Shown: piece after piece, positions 28,566 through 39,023 of the stretch
Layout of the letters: the number at the start of each line of letters is the position of its first letter
Numbering within the stretch: position 1 is the first letter of the stretch
IMG/VR virus record: IMGVR_UViG_3300046170_000404
Location: 1 to 59,619 of that record
Origin: a virus
Taxonomy: Duplodnaviria; Caudoviricetes
Length of the DNA stretch: 59,619 nt
Direction: 5' to 3' (one strand)
Position numbers and translations under genes: made by a program
Notes under the pieces: model-generated
What the model saw: only the letters and a program-made list of their open reading frames with translations
Databases searched by the model: none
Told to the model about the DNA's origin: nothing

Positions 28566-29093
28566 TTATGGTTTGTAAACATGTTTAAATTCAGAATTGT
28601 TAGCTGTCCACTCTAAAAATTCTTCACTCTCTACAATAGGGTAGCCCGCTAAATTAAAAGAAGTATTTAATAGCATAGGGACATTTGTTTTTTTAAAAAA
28701 CATTTCTATTAAATCATAATAATTTTTATTATCTATTTTTTTTAAGGTTTGTATCCTGCAAGTATTATCTACATGCACTATAGAAGGTACTTCTTTAATT
28801 GCTTTCTCTTTAGCATAAACTGCAAACGACATGTGTGGACTTTCTTTTAATGTACCTAAATCAAAATAATCATGTGCGTGTTCCAACAATATTGTCCCTG
28901 CAAGTGGTCTCCACCATTCTCTTTTTTTAAATTTATTAACAATGTTTTTAGCTTCAGGATTTCTAGGATCAAATAAAATAGAACGATTACCTAAAGCTCT
29001 AGATCCCCATTCGCTTTCATTTTGAAAAATAACTAATGGTTTTTGTTCCAGTAGTATGTCTACTGCTTTTTCTTTAGTTTCTATAATTATCAT
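28566..29093 (-). CDS. Carbamoyltransferase (NodU/CmcH family), C-terminal domain
   Basis: EWGSRALGNRSIL, KKREWWRP, HVDNTCRIQT, LLNTSFN. Confidence 0.88.
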   Translation of the reverse strand: MIIIETKEKAVDILLEQKPLVIFQNESEWGSRALGNRSILFDPRNPEAKNIVNKFKKREWWRPLAGTILLEHAHDYFDLGTLKESPHMSFAVYAKEKAIKEVPSIVHVDNTCRIQTLKKIDNKNYYDLIEMFFKKTNVPMLLNTSFNLAGYPIVESEEFLEWTANNSEFKHVYKP

Positions 29094-29997
29094 AATACAA
29101 TGCAGCTCCAATAGCTGTTCCACCATCATGTGGTATAGGGTCTACAAAAAAATTTAATTCAGGGTATTGTTTAACATATTTAAAATTATTAGAGCAATTT
29201 AAAAAATAACCACCAGATAATACAATATTTTTACTTCTATGTTTTACTTGATTTATTAATTCACAAGTTTCTACATAAGTTTTTTCTTGTACCTCTTTTG
29301 CAATATTTACATTATCATAATCTAAATTATACTTTTTATCAGTATAAGCATATGAAGATAATCCCATAACTTTACCAGAATTTTCACCATCCTCTGCATA
29401 ACCAATTTCACCACATGCTTTTGTAAAAGATGCACCACCTCTTATTTCATTACTAAATTTATTTCGAAAGCCATCAACGTATTTAAAAAAACTAAAAGGA
29501 GACATATCTTTAGATATTTCTGCTTTCATACAAGTGCTGTGCTTATAGAAAGGCACAACATTTTTTTTATTAATTAAATAAATTGATTCTATTTCTTGAT
29601 AAGGAATATAAGAAGCGCAAGCACCTCCACCGTCAACTATAATAGCTGCCGCCTCATCAAAATCTGAAAAATAAAAAGAACTTATTGCGTGATAAATATG
29701 ATGTTGTTTTTCATTAAAATAATAAGGAGGATTATCTAATTGTTTTTGTAAACAATTTATAATGTCTTGATCATTACCACATTCATAAGAAAAATTTCTA
29801 CCATAAGATACATAGCAAACAAAATCTGGTTGAAAGTTTATTTTTTGTAAAATAGATTGATATACTTTTAAATTTTTATCTGGGGTATAACCTTTTTTTA
29901 AAACAAATCTTGTTTCGTCAAAGTAGTGTGTAATTCTTTTATTTTCATACACACAAATAGATGGATTATGAGAAATATTAATAGAAAGTATTTTCAC
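29074..29997 (-). CDS. Carbamoyltransferase (NodU/CmcH family), N-terminal domain
   Basis: HHIYHA, VDGGG, GKVMGLSSY, LSGG..LNC..N, DGGTAIGAA. Confidence 0.88.
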   Translation of the reverse strand: MKILSINISHNPSICVYENKRITHYFDETRFVLKKGYTPDKNLKVYQSILQKINFQPDFVCYVSYGRNFSYECGNDQDIINCLQKQLDNPPYYFNEKQHHIYHAISSFYFSDFDEAAAIIVDGGGACASYIPYQEIESIYLINKKNVVPFYKHSTCMKAEISKDMSPFSFFKYVDGFRNKFSNEIRGGASFTKACGEIGYAEDGENSGKVMGLSSYAYTDKKYNLDYDNVNIAKEVQEKTYVETCELINQVKHRSKNIVLSGGYFLNCSNNFKYVKQYPELNFFVDPIPHDGGTAIGAALYYDNYRN

Positions 29998-30011
29998 AGA
30001 AAATATTTTAA

Positions 30012-30212
30012 TTACTTTTTAGTTAAAGCTCCCATTTCACCAATTCTTGTAACTTTTATTTCAAGGTCTTGCCTAAAGTCATCCACAGTAGTATCAGTAT
30101 TGGGATCAGCAACATCAGCATCAAAATCAACTTTGCTAGCATACACTTTGCCTGTTCTTTTATTTTTAATAATTTCTTTTGCAGTTGCTGGTATTTTAGG
30201 TAAATCACTCAT
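30012..30212 (-). CDS. Hypothetical protein
   Basis: ORF track; ATGA overlap with the upstream gene. Confidence 0.7.
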   Translation of the reverse strand: MSDLPKIPATAKEIIKNKRTGKVYASKVDFDADVADPNTDTTVDDFRQDLEIKVTRIGEMGALTKK

Positions 30213-30343
30213 TGCGTACGTCCCTGTCTATTATATTTTTTATTATGTTGCAACTTCTTTTTTTTATTAGGACTCTTACAATGTCTTCTAGGTCTTTTCC
30301 TAGGTTGATCTCTTTCTACAAAATCTTTAAATTTTCTAGCCAT
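30209..30343 (-). CDS. 44-aa highly basic peptide (MARKFKDF...KKYNRQGRTQ)
   Basis: Translated by hand; overlaps both neighbours. Confidence 0.65.
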   Translation of the reverse strand: MARKFKDFVERDQPRKRPRRHCKSPNKKKKLQHNKKYNRQGRTQ

Positions 30344-30671
30344 TTTCCTGTGATCGGTCTATAAGAGCGTAACTTACAACACCTGTTATTTCGTTCGCTG
30401 AACCTGCTTGCATTGATAAAACATCACTTGCTTCCATTGCTAAAGTTTCTTCGATCATATTTGCTTGAGCTTTATTAAGTTCTTTATAACCTATTTTTAC
30501 AGCTGAACCTCCAGACTTTGTTAATAAAGCATGTGTATCAACATTGCTTGCAGTATCGTGAACTGCTTGTAAATTTTTTACAAGTATAGTTGCATCTGCA
30601 GGGCACGTCAAAACAGGAGTAGCATCTGTAGTTGTTAAATTAAATGTTTCGCTTTTGTATCTAATTGTCAT
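30336..30671 (-). CDS. Probable small tail protein
   Basis: Beta-rich ORF downstream of the tail nozzle gene. Confidence 0.6.
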   Translation of the reverse strand: MTIRYKSETFNLTTTDATPVLTCPADATILVKNLQAVHDTASNVDTHALLTKSGGSAVKIGYKELNKAQANMIEETLAMEASDVLSMQAGSANEITGVVSYALIDRSQENG

Positions 30672-30832
30672 GATATAAACCAATTAAAAGTATCTTGTTC
30701 ATTTTTTAATTCTTGTTGATAAGAAGTGTTTAACTTATCTTGCATCGTTCGTAAAGACTGTGCTACTTGTCTTTGGTTTTCTTGAGTATAAGCAGGGGTA
30801 GGTTCGGGTATAACAATATCTACTCTGGCCAT
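30668..30832 (-). CDS. 54-aa tail-associated protein (MARVDIVIPEP...)
   Basis: Translated by hand; TAATG and ATGA overlaps. Confidence 0.65.
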   Translation of the reverse strand: MARVDIVIPEPTPAYTQENQRQVAQSLRTMQDKLNTSYQQELKNEQDTFNWFIS

Positions 30833-32982
30833 TATCTCATTCCATCTGGTTGAACATCTACTCTAAAAGTTCCATATCTCCAATTTTGATCTGTAGAAGT
30901 ATTTGCTATTTTAACACTAGCAAACCTAGATCTCGCTCTTGTGTCTACCTTTTGTGTTGATCCGGTAACCGTGAATGGTCCTAAAGGAGAAGATGTTTCT
31001 GTATCACTAGGGAAGTCTCTAAGTAAAATAGTTACTTGGGCATCACCCTGTATAAGTTTAAAATCTGGAATAAACCTTCTCATACTCATAAACATTTGTG
31101 CTTCACCCTCAACGGCTAAACTAAAGTCCCCTGATTCAATAAAAGCTGCAATAGCTGTTTTGTTTCCTGCAGTATCTACCTGATCTGTTCCAACTTCGTG
31201 AGCATAATAAATAGTCCCACCATTTAAATTTGTTACACCTTGAATTAAAGGGAAAGTTGGTGTTGTTGTTGAATTAAATTCAGTTGCATAAGGAACATCG
31301 TATAAATTGGCATCTGTCCAAGTAGTTCTTGATAAAGAACCTGTTGTCCATGTTCCACTTTGATAATTAAAAGTAACGCATCTATCATTAAAATCTGAAC
31401 CTGCTTTAGGATAAAACCAAGTAAGTTCTTCATATAAATGATTAAGTCCTACGTATACTGATTCACCGTTTTGATAATTAACCCCAAGGTTATCTCCTTT
31501 ACTTGTAAATACAAAGTCTTCAACTTGGCATGGTAAAGATTTAACGGTACCATCGTATACAAAGAATCCACCAGATTCCCCCATCCAATATACAGCTCCA
31601 TTTACATATTTTATAGAGTGTTGTCCAATAGCTCCACAATTAGAACCTACTTGTCTTATAGAAAAAGTGAAAGGTGGTCCTACAAATTGAATTACATAAG
31701 CTGAATTATCGGTTAAAACTAACGTATAATCTTTTCCTTTAACTGCCCCTACTATTTTTGTACCTGCATCTATTCTAAAGGTACCAGCCGTGTTTACTGA
31801 AGTTGGTGCATAGTCACTAATATTTTCTTGATCAGAAAACCTTATAAACATTTTATCTTGCGTGCCCCCACTTCCAATTGTAGTTTCAGTCCCTAACATT
31901 AATAAATGCCTATCCCTATCTGATACAAGAGACATAACTGATTTTTCTGGTGCTCCACTTACAACAGTTGCTCTTGTAGTTAATGCATTAGGATTTGAGT
32001 TAATGGGATTCCATTCAAATGTTTTACCATTTTTAATTGTAGCAATTAATTTTTCTCCAAAATTATCTAAAGACCAAGATGCAGGATCAATTGTCAAAGT
32101 CGAAGCTAAAGAAGCTTGTCCCCAACCAGTGTAGTATTCAACACCAGACCCAGATGCATGTGCAGATCTTGTACCTGCAGTTGCTCTAGTAATTCCTGTA
32201 AGATCATTTGTAGATACACCAGTGTAAGAAATAAATTCTGCGCCAACTTTTATTGTTCCAGAAGTTGGAAACCCAGTTGTTGATGCAAGTGTAATAGAAG
32301 TTCCAGACCCCCCAGTACCTGCAGTGTCATCTAATAAAGCTCCGTTTAAAGTTCCAAATACTTGTTGACCTCCACCCCATAGTCCTGTTCCCCAACCAAA
32401 ACCATAAGTAAAACCTAGAGCACCTGCACTAATGTACGGATTGACAGTTGCAGACCCACTTCCGTTGACCGTGGTTCCTGCTGCGCTTGCCATTGTAATA
32501 GTAAAAGAATCACTATCTGGAACAGTGACTACTTGAAAAGTATTTGTTTCAAAATTTCCAGCAGTGTATCCAGCACCAGACGGAGGAGTAACTGAAGTAA
32601 ATGTAAATAAGTCTCCAGGTTGTAATGTATGAGCTGCTTTATTTACCGTAACGGTAGCCGAAGTATTTACAGTATCAAATGTACAACCAGTTATAGCTGT
32701 ACCTAATGGTGTTATATCGTAAAAAGCACCTTCATAATAAATAATTAAAACTTTGTTTGTGCCTATGGCTGCATATCTTCGACCATCTAAATCAGCCCAT
32801 ATAAACTGTTCTCTTGCTGCACCTACTAAAGATGAATTAACAAGTTGTTCCCAACCTCCTATTTTTTCAGGTAGTCCGTATCTAAAACGTACAAAGTCCC
32901 CATCAGTCCACTGACCTTGAGCTCCTGTTTCAGTTACCTGTTTGTTAAATCCTGGTGCTATTTGTACTTTTGTTAGAGGCAT
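30832..32982 (-). CDS. Tail nozzle / DNA stabilization protein (P22 gp10-like)
   Basis: 716 aa; W.DGD.VRF..G.PEKIGGW, IRFSDQE and DG.R C-terminus; position. Confidence 0.7.
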   Translation of the reverse strand: MPLTKVQIAPGFNKQVTETGAQGQWTDGDFVRFRYGLPEKIGGWEQLVNSSLVGAAREQFIWADLDGRRYAAIGTNKVLIIYYEGAFYDITPLGTAITGCTFDTVNTSATVTVNKAAHTLQPGDLFTFTSVTPPSGAGYTAGNFETNTFQVVTVPDSDSFTITMASAAGTTVNGSGSATVNPYISAGALGFTYGFGWGTGLWGGGQQVFGTLNGALLDDTAGTGGSGTSITLASTTGFPTSGTIKVGAEFISYTGVSTNDLTGITRATAGTRSAHASGSGVEYYTGWGQASLASTLTIDPASWSLDNFGEKLIATIKNGKTFEWNPINSNPNALTTRATVVSGAPEKSVMSLVSDRDRHLLMLGTETTIGSGGTQDKMFIRFSDQENISDYAPTSVNTAGTFRIDAGTKIVGAVKGKDYTLVLTDNSAYVIQFVGPPFTFSIRQVGSNCGAIGQHSIKYVNGAVYWMGESGGFFVYDGTVKSLPCQVEDFVFTSKGDNLGVNYQNGESVYVGLNHLYEELTWFYPKAGSDFNDRCVTFNYQSGTWTTGSLSRTTWTDANLYDVPYATEFNSTTTPTFPLIQGVTNLNGGTIYYAHEVGTDQVDTAGNKTAIAAFIESGDFSLAVEGEAQMFMSMRRFIPDFKLIQGDAQVTILLRDFPSDTETSSPLGPFTVTGSTQKVDTRARSRFASVKIANTSTDQNWRYGTFRVDVQPDGMR

Positions 32983-33016
32983 GGCTTATTATACCATGAC
33001 AATATTAAGAAATCTA

Positions 33017-33235
33017 TTATTCGCCCTTGATTTCAGTTTCTTCCCTTGTTTCCAAGTTTTTAATTTCATCATTAAAATTAAAATTCCAATCCATTACAAT
33101 CTTAGCTATTACATTACCAAAATGTTTTAAAGTTAAAGCTGGTAAATGTAGTTTTTTCTTTTCTTGTATTATTTTTACTTCATGATCTTCAAAAATAATA
33201 TCACATGATCCATCTTCTTTTTGTATAAATTTCAT
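33017..33235 (-). CDS. Hypothetical protein
   Basis: ORF track. Confidence 0.6.
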   Translation of the reverse strand: MKFIQKEDGSCDIIFEDHEVKIIQEKKKLHLPALTLKHFGNVIAKIVMDWNFNFNDEIKNLETREETEIKGE

Positions 33236-33787
33236 CTAAACCTCCTTTCTAGTTCCCCAAAGTTTTCTTTTATCTCCAAAATGATCTGCATATAAACCAT
33301 TTGCATCAACATAATGAAGAAATGTTTGAGCACACCAATCTCCTTGAAATTCATTTCTCCAATGAGTGAGGTCACAACCTAAATATATTACTCCATCTCC
33401 AGGATTTAAGTCTATTGCTTTGTCTTCAATAAAAATAGGCCACTCTGTTCCATCACTTCCAATATTTACTGTAACACTTATTTCACATGACGGTCTATCT
33501 TTGTGTGCCGACAGTTCAGAAAATTTTGTATACATTCTCCAAAAAGAATAAGTTGGTAATAGTGAAAGTCCTGTAAGTTCCTCCATTTTAGATTTTTTGT
33601 TACATAGTAAAGATTCCATAATAGGATCTCCGTAAATAGAAGTATCCCAATTTGTTGATTGTTCCATGTCAAATTGACTATCGTTAATTCTATGTTTTAT
33701 TTGACAGTAAGTATTTAAAATATTTTTTTCTTCTACTGTTAGAATATTTTTAACTTTTTTATATTTAAATTGTTTTATGTTGTCCAT
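33236..33787 (-). CDS. 2OG-Fe(II) oxygenase-like protein
   Basis: HKDRPSCEIS, HWR, Q.FLHY. Confidence 0.8.
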   Translation of the reverse strand: MDNIKQFKYKKVKNILTVEEKNILNTYCQIKHRINDSQFDMEQSTNWDTSIYGDPIMESLLCNKKSKMEELTGLSLLPTYSFWRMYTKFSELSAHKDRPSCEISVTVNIGSDGTEWPIFIEDKAIDLNPGDGVIYLGCDLTHWRNEFQGDWCAQTFLHYVDANGLYADHFGDKRKLWGTRKEV

Positions 33788-34335
33788 GCTGCAATACTAT
33801 ACCTTTCTCCGTTTTTGACAGGGGCTACTGAGTGTGGAAACAAAAAACAAGATGGCCAAATTATAATTCTATTTTTCTTTTTTTGAATTTTAAATTCATT
33901 AGTACCATTAGGGTTTCTAAAACAAAGTTCTCCCCCTTCATAATCTTCATTTAAAAAAATTATACAACTTAAAGTTCTCGACATTTGTGGTGCATGATCA
34001 TAATGCCATACATAATAATCCGATGATTGGTACTTTAAAAATTGAATTGATTCAATACCACTTGTATAAATTGTTTTAATTTTGTTTTCTTCTGTATATC
34101 TAGACACAGTATTTGCAACAATATCTTTAATTATATAAAACCAATGTACTTCAGTCATTGATTCACTAGAAGGATGCACACCACAAATATTTACTTTTCT
34201 AACTTTTTTGTTAATTTCACCCTGTCCAACTTCTCCTTCTTTCCAAGTAAAATTTTTACATACTTTAAAAAGTTTGTTTAAAACTTTTTCTGGAAAAACA
34301 TCATCATAAACATTAATGTAATTTTTTAAGTCCAT
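33775..34335 (-). CDS. 2OG-Fe(II) oxygenase (prolyl-hydroxylase-like)
   Basis: WHYD, LNEDYEGGEL, FPHSV.PV..G.RYS. Confidence 0.88.
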   Translation of the reverse strand: MDLKNYINVYDDVFPEKVLNKLFKVCKNFTWKEGEVGQGEINKKVRKVNICGVHPSSESMTEVHWFYIIKDIVANTVSRYTEENKIKTIYTSGIESIQFLKYQSSDYYVWHYDHAPQMSRTLSCIIFLNEDYEGGELCFRNPNGTNEFKIQKKKNRIIIWPSCFLFPHSVAPVKNGERYSIAAWTT

Positions 34336-35069
34336 TTTTTTTTATTCCAAAATTTATTTTTATACTTATGTAATATTCCTAGACTATAAAATATTTTGTT
34401 TTTAATTATATCATCTGTCGATGCACTTTTTATTTTCATATTCCAAGAATCTCTTTTAAAAGGTATTATTTGAACATAAGGTGTTCCCTTTTTTATTGTT
34501 GTTTCTAAATATGGATATTTATCTCCATTAATCACAATTGGAAAATTAATTTCATTTTTAAAACTATCTGTATCGACTATTCCAGAAATTATAGAAAACC
34601 TATCATCAGTATTATTTAAGGGTGGCACAAATAAACATGAGTAACCAGGAGGTGTTTTTATTATCCATGGATTTAATATTTTTAAAAAAGGAAGTTTTTT
34701 ATTTTTTTCTACATATGGAGATTCTCCTAATTGATGCGGAGGGTGCATATTTGGAGTGTTTCCAGTTAAATTAATTGATTTTTTATATAGTAAAGAATCA
34801 TCTGCTTCGTTAGGATGCCAAATAATATCCCCACTTCCGTCTTCTTTTTTAGAGTTATGTATAAAAGAATAATCTTGAGGTACCTTTAAAAGATAACCAG
34901 TTGTTAAGGTATCTAGAAAAGGCATACAACCTTTTACGGTTTGGCTTCCTACATTATGGTTTAATTTTTTAAACCAATCTGGAATATTTAATTTTATTGG
35001 AGTGGGATAATCTTCTTTAAATTTAACGTAATCTTCATGTGCAATAAATTCTATATTTTTAGAAAACAT
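34326..35069 (-). CDS. Conserved hypothetical protein usually found beside tail-fibre genes and oxygenases
   Basis: TVKGCMPFLD, NPW.IKTPPGYS.LF, G.VDTD, GTP.VQ.IPFKR. Confidence 0.7.
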   Translation of the reverse strand: MFSKNIEFIAHEDYVKFKEDYPTPIKLNIPDWFKKLNHNVGSQTVKGCMPFLDTLTTGYLLKVPQDYSFIHNSKKEDGSGDIIWHPNEADDSLLYKKSINLTGNTPNMHPPHQLGESPYVEKNKKLPFLKILNPWIIKTPPGYSCLFVPPLNNTDDRFSIISGIVDTDSFKNEINFPIVINGDKYPYLETTIKKGTPYVQIIPFKRDSWNMKIKSASTDDIIKNKIFYSLGILHKYKNKFWNKKKWT

Positions 35070-35105
35070 AAAACCAAACTATATTTTTTTTATAAAAAGT
35101 AAACC

Positions 35106-35591
35106 TTAAATAAGTTCAAGTACACTCAATGATTCTTGACCTTGTTGAGTAGCATATTTTTCTAAACTTATATTCAAGGGAGCTAAAGATGATGTATCTA
35201 ATGCTTTCATCCAACTTACATATGAATTTATAATAGATATAATAGGTTTACCAGAATTATATTTAGTATAATTTTCTAGTTGTTCTATTTGTTCTTTAAT
35301 ATAATCTTTTAATTCTGCTTCTGTTTTAAATTTAGGTTCAGTAGTATTTCCCGCAGGTGCTGCAGGTTCTGTAGAAACTATATTTTCAAAAGTTATTGTT
35401 GAACCATCATGACTTATAACTTCTAATTCTTGGTTTTTTATGCCTTCAAATTGTTCCGTTGTTATGTCAAAAATAGTATAGCTAGAACTATCAAAATTTT
35501 TATTTGCATTTAAAAAATCTTCATCTCTCGCTATTCGGTACAATGAATGCATTTCATTTTCACTATTTAAATTAAAAATTGCTTTAGCCAT
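35106..35591 (-). CDS. Hypothetical protein (tail-fibre associated)
   Basis: Directly follows the fibre gene. Confidence 0.6.
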   Translation of the reverse strand: MAKAIFNLNSENEMHSLYRIARDEDFLNANKNFDSSSYTIFDITTEQFEGIKNQELEVISHDGSTITFENIVSTEPAAPAGNTTEPKFKTEAELKDYIKEQIEQLENYTKYNSGKPIISIINSYVSWMKALDTSSLAPLNISLEKYATQQGQESLSVLELI

Positions 35592-35592
35592 A

Positions 35593-36867
35593 TTATTGTC
35601 CTGTATTTTCTAAAATTAATATTAGCCCTTGTTTTCCAGATGTTCCTGCTGTGGCTTGATTAGGGCTTATTGAAATACCACCCGGACCTCCTTCGCCATA
35701 TGATACAACAGAAGTACCAGTTGCTCCAGATGATCCATAAATTCTTGAAGGTAAAGTAGTCAAAGTAGCGGGGGCTGTTACAGAAGTAGCACCATTGTTA
35801 CCAGGGTTTCCTACAGGTTGACCATGCCAACTTCCACCTTGTCCACCATTTCCTGCAGTGAAACTAAAAACATTAGTTAAAGAAGTTGTACCACCAGCAC
35901 TACCAGCATTTCCTCTTGGGTTTTGTGGATTTCCTCTTGAACCTCCAGCTCCAACACTAAAAGGTTGTGAAAAAGGTTGCGTTATTGGTTTGCTTACAAA
36001 TCCAAAAGCACCGTTTCCTCCGTTTCCTCCTCCAGGCCCTGCACCTGGATTATAAGCTCCTCCGCCTCCGCCTCCGCCTGCGTAAGCATATATTCCAGCA
36101 AAGTTTGCGTTTGCACTAGCTGTATAAGTTCCAGAAGAAGGTCCTGCATTAACTTGTTTGAATATCATGTTAGCACCACCACCTGCTCCATCTGCAGCAG
36201 CAGTAAGTCTTCCTTGAGCATCAACTGTAATAGCCGCTGACGAGTAAGATCCTGCAGTTACTGCAGTGTTTGCTAATTTGTCAGCAGTCACAGCATCGTC
36301 TGCGATTTTTGCAGTGCTTACTGCTGAGTCTGCGATTTTAGCAGTAGTTACATTTGCATCAGTAATTTTAGCAGTAGTTATAGCATCGTCTGCAATTTGT
36401 GCGGTTGCAATTGTACCTGAAATATTTGCAGCAGCAATAGTTCCACCTAGAGTGTCTAATGAAATTTCATTTAAGTTTGTTCCATCAGAATATGCTGCGT
36501 AAATTTTTGCTTGGTCTAAAGTAAATCCAGTTCCTGATGCAGTTTTAATTGTAAGGTTAGTTGGATTAGTTAAACCTGTTGCATCAAATATATAAAATTT
36601 TTCTATTGAATCTGGGATAGTACAAATTGTACTAGCAGCAATAGTTGCTGATGCAAATTTAATTACCATGTTTCTTGCGTTAGATAATGCACCATCTGAC
36701 ATTACAAGTGCTAAAGTACCACCACTTGAAAGTGTTACTTGTTCGAAACCAGCGATAGCTTGTTGAATTACATTTAAGTTTGTGTTTGTTTTATCTCCCC
36801 ATGTACCAGCGTTTTCGCCAGTCACCATTAGTTCGAGTTTTAAATCTGTAGAATAACTAGATGTCAT
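35593..36867 (-). CDS. Tail fibre protein with Gly-rich C-terminal domain
   Basis: GENAGTWG..TN.NL N-terminus; (I/V)TTAKIAD repeats; poly-Gly domain. Confidence 0.8.
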   Translation of the reverse strand: MTSSYSTDLKLELMVTGENAGTWGDKTNTNLNVIQQAIAGFEQVTLSSGGTLALVMSDGALSNARNMVIKFASATIAASTICTIPDSIEKFYIFDATGLTNPTNLTIKTASGTGFTLDQAKIYAAYSDGTNLNEISLDTLGGTIAAANISGTIATAQIADDAITTAKITDANVTTAKIADSAVSTAKIADDAVTADKLANTAVTAGSYSSAAITVDAQGRLTAAADGAGGGANMIFKQVNAGPSSGTYTASANANFAGIYAYAGGGGGGGAYNPGAGPGGGNGGNGAFGFVSKPITQPFSQPFSVGAGGSRGNPQNPRGNAGSAGGTTSLTNVFSFTAGNGGQGGSWHGQPVGNPGNNGATSVTAPATLTTLPSRIYGSSGATGTSVVSYGEGGPGGISISPNQATAGTSGKQGLILILENTGQ

Positions 36868-36903
36868 AAATTTTATCTCCTAAATAATCTAATAATACCT
36901 TAT

Positions 36904-37884
36904 TTAAGCTGCTCTATCAACCTCTGTCCAATTATTATTAACGCCTGGGTTTACTTCAGCCCATGCAGTAACAATAGGACTTCCTACTGAAGCTGCCAAT
37001 TGTATGCCTGTAACATCTATATTTGCAGTACCTTCAGCTACCACAGAGCCTATTGAGGTCGCTAATTGTAACCCGCCTACACCTATAATTTGACCTGGTA
37101 TATCTGCGTGTTGGCCAAGAGTCAATGTCAACTGTTGTCCCGTAACCGATTCATTAGTTGATTGAATTAGGGTTATAGAACCCAAAGTCATTGTAGCTTG
37201 GATACCTGTAACATCTACTGGAGTTTTAAGACCTCCTGTAGTATTTCCTTGAGACATTGTAGCTTGAACACCAGTGACACTAACATTCGCATCTGCAGAT
37301 ACTGTTGAGGCTGAGGTTAAAGCATCAAGCTGATCTTCCGAAGCTAGTACAAATATATCTTGATCAATCTGAATCGAAAAAGATGGATGAGAGAAAGAAG
37401 CAGCTAGTTGTTGTCCTGTAACAGATGCAGTAACATCTGTAAATGCTGTCTCTTCACCAATTGAAGATGTAAGTGAAATACCTGTAACTTGAATTGAATA
37501 ATTATCGCCCCAAGCAAAACTTCCCCAAGCATCTCTACCCCAACCTTCTCCAGTTAGTGTTGTGTCATCAATGGTTACTGCTCCTTGATTAAATTGTATC
37601 TGTGAACCAGATACACCAACCTCTTGTCCAATAGGTGTTGAAACACTTCCAACACCAATAGATTCTAGACTACCGGTGACTGAAACTAAAGCAGAGGTTC
37701 CCCCTACAGCAGATCCTTGAGTTGATGTTAATTGTAATCCAGTGAGAGTTACTTGATGATCAATTACGTGGGTTTCGTTCCCAATAGTTGATGTTAATGA
37801 TAGGCCACTTAGGTTAACGGATGTATCGCTTAGATCTCCCCAAGCTTCTGCACCCCATGTCTTCTTACCCCATCCAGTGGCCAT
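36904..37884 (-). CDS. Virion structural protein (Thr/Ser/Gly/Val-rich, WG repeats)
   Basis: Repeated VTG.QL and GWG...WG motifs. Confidence 0.65.
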   Translation of the reverse strand: MATGWGKKTWGAEAWGDLSDTSVNLSGLSLTSTIGNETHVIDHQVTLTGLQLTSTQGSAVGGTSALVSVTGSLESIGVGSVSTPIGQEVGVSGSQIQFNQGAVTIDDTTLTGEGWGRDAWGSFAWGDNYSIQVTGISLTSSIGEETAFTDVTASVTGQQLAASFSHPSFSIQIDQDIFVLASEDQLDALTSASTVSADANVSVTGVQATMSQGNTTGGLKTPVDVTGIQATMTLGSITLIQSTNESVTGQQLTLTLGQHADIPGQIIGVGGLQLATSIGSVVAEGTANIDVTGIQLAASVGSPIVTAWAEVNPGVNNNWTEVDRAA

Positions 37885-37901
37885 ATCATCTTATTCCTTT
37901 A

Positions 37902-38345
37902 TTAAGCTATTCTTAAAATAGCAGCAGAAGTAGTAAATGCAGGAAACTGAATTGTAAATGTTCCAGCTGTTGCAGTTTTATCACTTCCAAAATCTAACAC
38001 AGCAACTGCATCAGTAGTGTTTGTACCACCGTTTGTTTGAGTGTTATAGATTAATGCACCTCTTGCAGTAAGAGTTACGTTTTGAAAACTAAGATCAGCA
38101 AAATCAGTAATAGCTACTGAAGATGAAACTTTAACACCTTGATTTACTAAGGCAGCTCCACCAGCTGTGTAGTTTGATGAAGTCACTTCATTTGCAGTAA
38201 TATAGTTTGTTGTTGATTTTCCTAAAGTCGCTGAACTAGTATACATCGCTAATTTATATGTGTCTGTTGATGCATCAAAATCGTGACTTCCTTGAAGTAA
38301 TTCTTTTTTAAAAGAATCACAGATTGCGTTTGTTGTTATTGCCAT
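37902..38345 (-). CDS. Virion structural protein
   Basis: SFKKELL.G.H, YTAGG..L, ARGALIYN, VLDFG.DK pattern. Confidence 0.7.
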   Translation of the reverse strand: MAITTNAICDSFKKELLQGSHDFDASTDTYKLAMYTSSATLGKSTTNYITANEVTSSNYTAGGAALVNQGVKVSSSVAITDFADLSFQNVTLTARGALIYNTQTNGGTNTTDAVAVLDFGSDKTATAGTFTIQFPAFTTSAAILRIA

Positions 38346-38363
38346 AATTATTCTCCTTTAAAA

Positions 38364-39023
38364 TTATTGGTTTGGAGAGGGAGAGGGCACTACCATTCTT
38401 GGTACACCATCATCAAACTCCGCTCGTCTTCTTCTGCCCATTTGTTGTAGAGCAAAATTCTGTACTTCTTCAGTATACTTTGTATTGTAGATGTTGCCAA
38501 GACTGTCGGGTCCTTTTAAAAACCTAAAAGCTTCTGCTAGAACACCATGTAATAACATTGATTCTTGATAAGTAGATAAAAAAGTATTGTTTGTAGAAGT
38601 AAAATTAGGTGGATCAATGATATAATTTATTTGTACTTGTAAAGCTGAACTTGGAACTGGAGCTACCAAAAGGTTAAAATCATCCCAATTAGCCCAATAT
38701 TTAGGAGTGCCGGTTGCACCTTCGTTATTGTATTCTGATATAAAACTTGTGTCTCTTTTTTCTAAAAAAGTTCTGTTTCCACTTCCATCTATTGATTGAA
38801 CTGATCTTATAATTGTTAAATCTGAAGGTAATGAAACATATCTATTGTCAGCAGTAAAATTAGATGTAGAGTATTTTCTTAAATCATCATAGTCAACTTT
38901 ACCTGCAACATCTAATTCAACACTTCTTATAAAATCTTGAATAATTGCATCCGTTAAAACATTAGCGTCTACTTCTGTGTAGTTTCTAACTTGTGTAAGA
39001 AAAGATGAGTGTGTAATAGCCAT
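38364..39023 (-). CDS. Head-tail adaptor-like protein
   Basis: G.PKY, AP.P, LL.G.L.EA pattern; position. Confidence 0.6.
   Translation of the reverse strand: MAITHSSFLTQVRNYTEVDANVLTDAIIQDFIRSVELDVAGKVDYDDLRKYSTSNFTADNRYVSLPSDLTIIRSVQSIDGSGNRTFLEKRDTSFISEYNNEGATGTPKYWANWDDFNLLVAPVPSSALQVQINYIIDPPNFTSTNNTFLSTYQESMLLHGVLAEAFRFLKGPDSLGNIYNTKYTEEVQNFALQQMGRRRRAEFDDGVPRMVVPSPSPNQ

Noticed and set aside
36250-36420. Repeated DNA in the tail fibre gene as a diversity-generating element
   Set aside because: It encodes ordinary (I/V)TTAKIAD fibre repeats; no reverse transcriptase or template/variable repeat pair.
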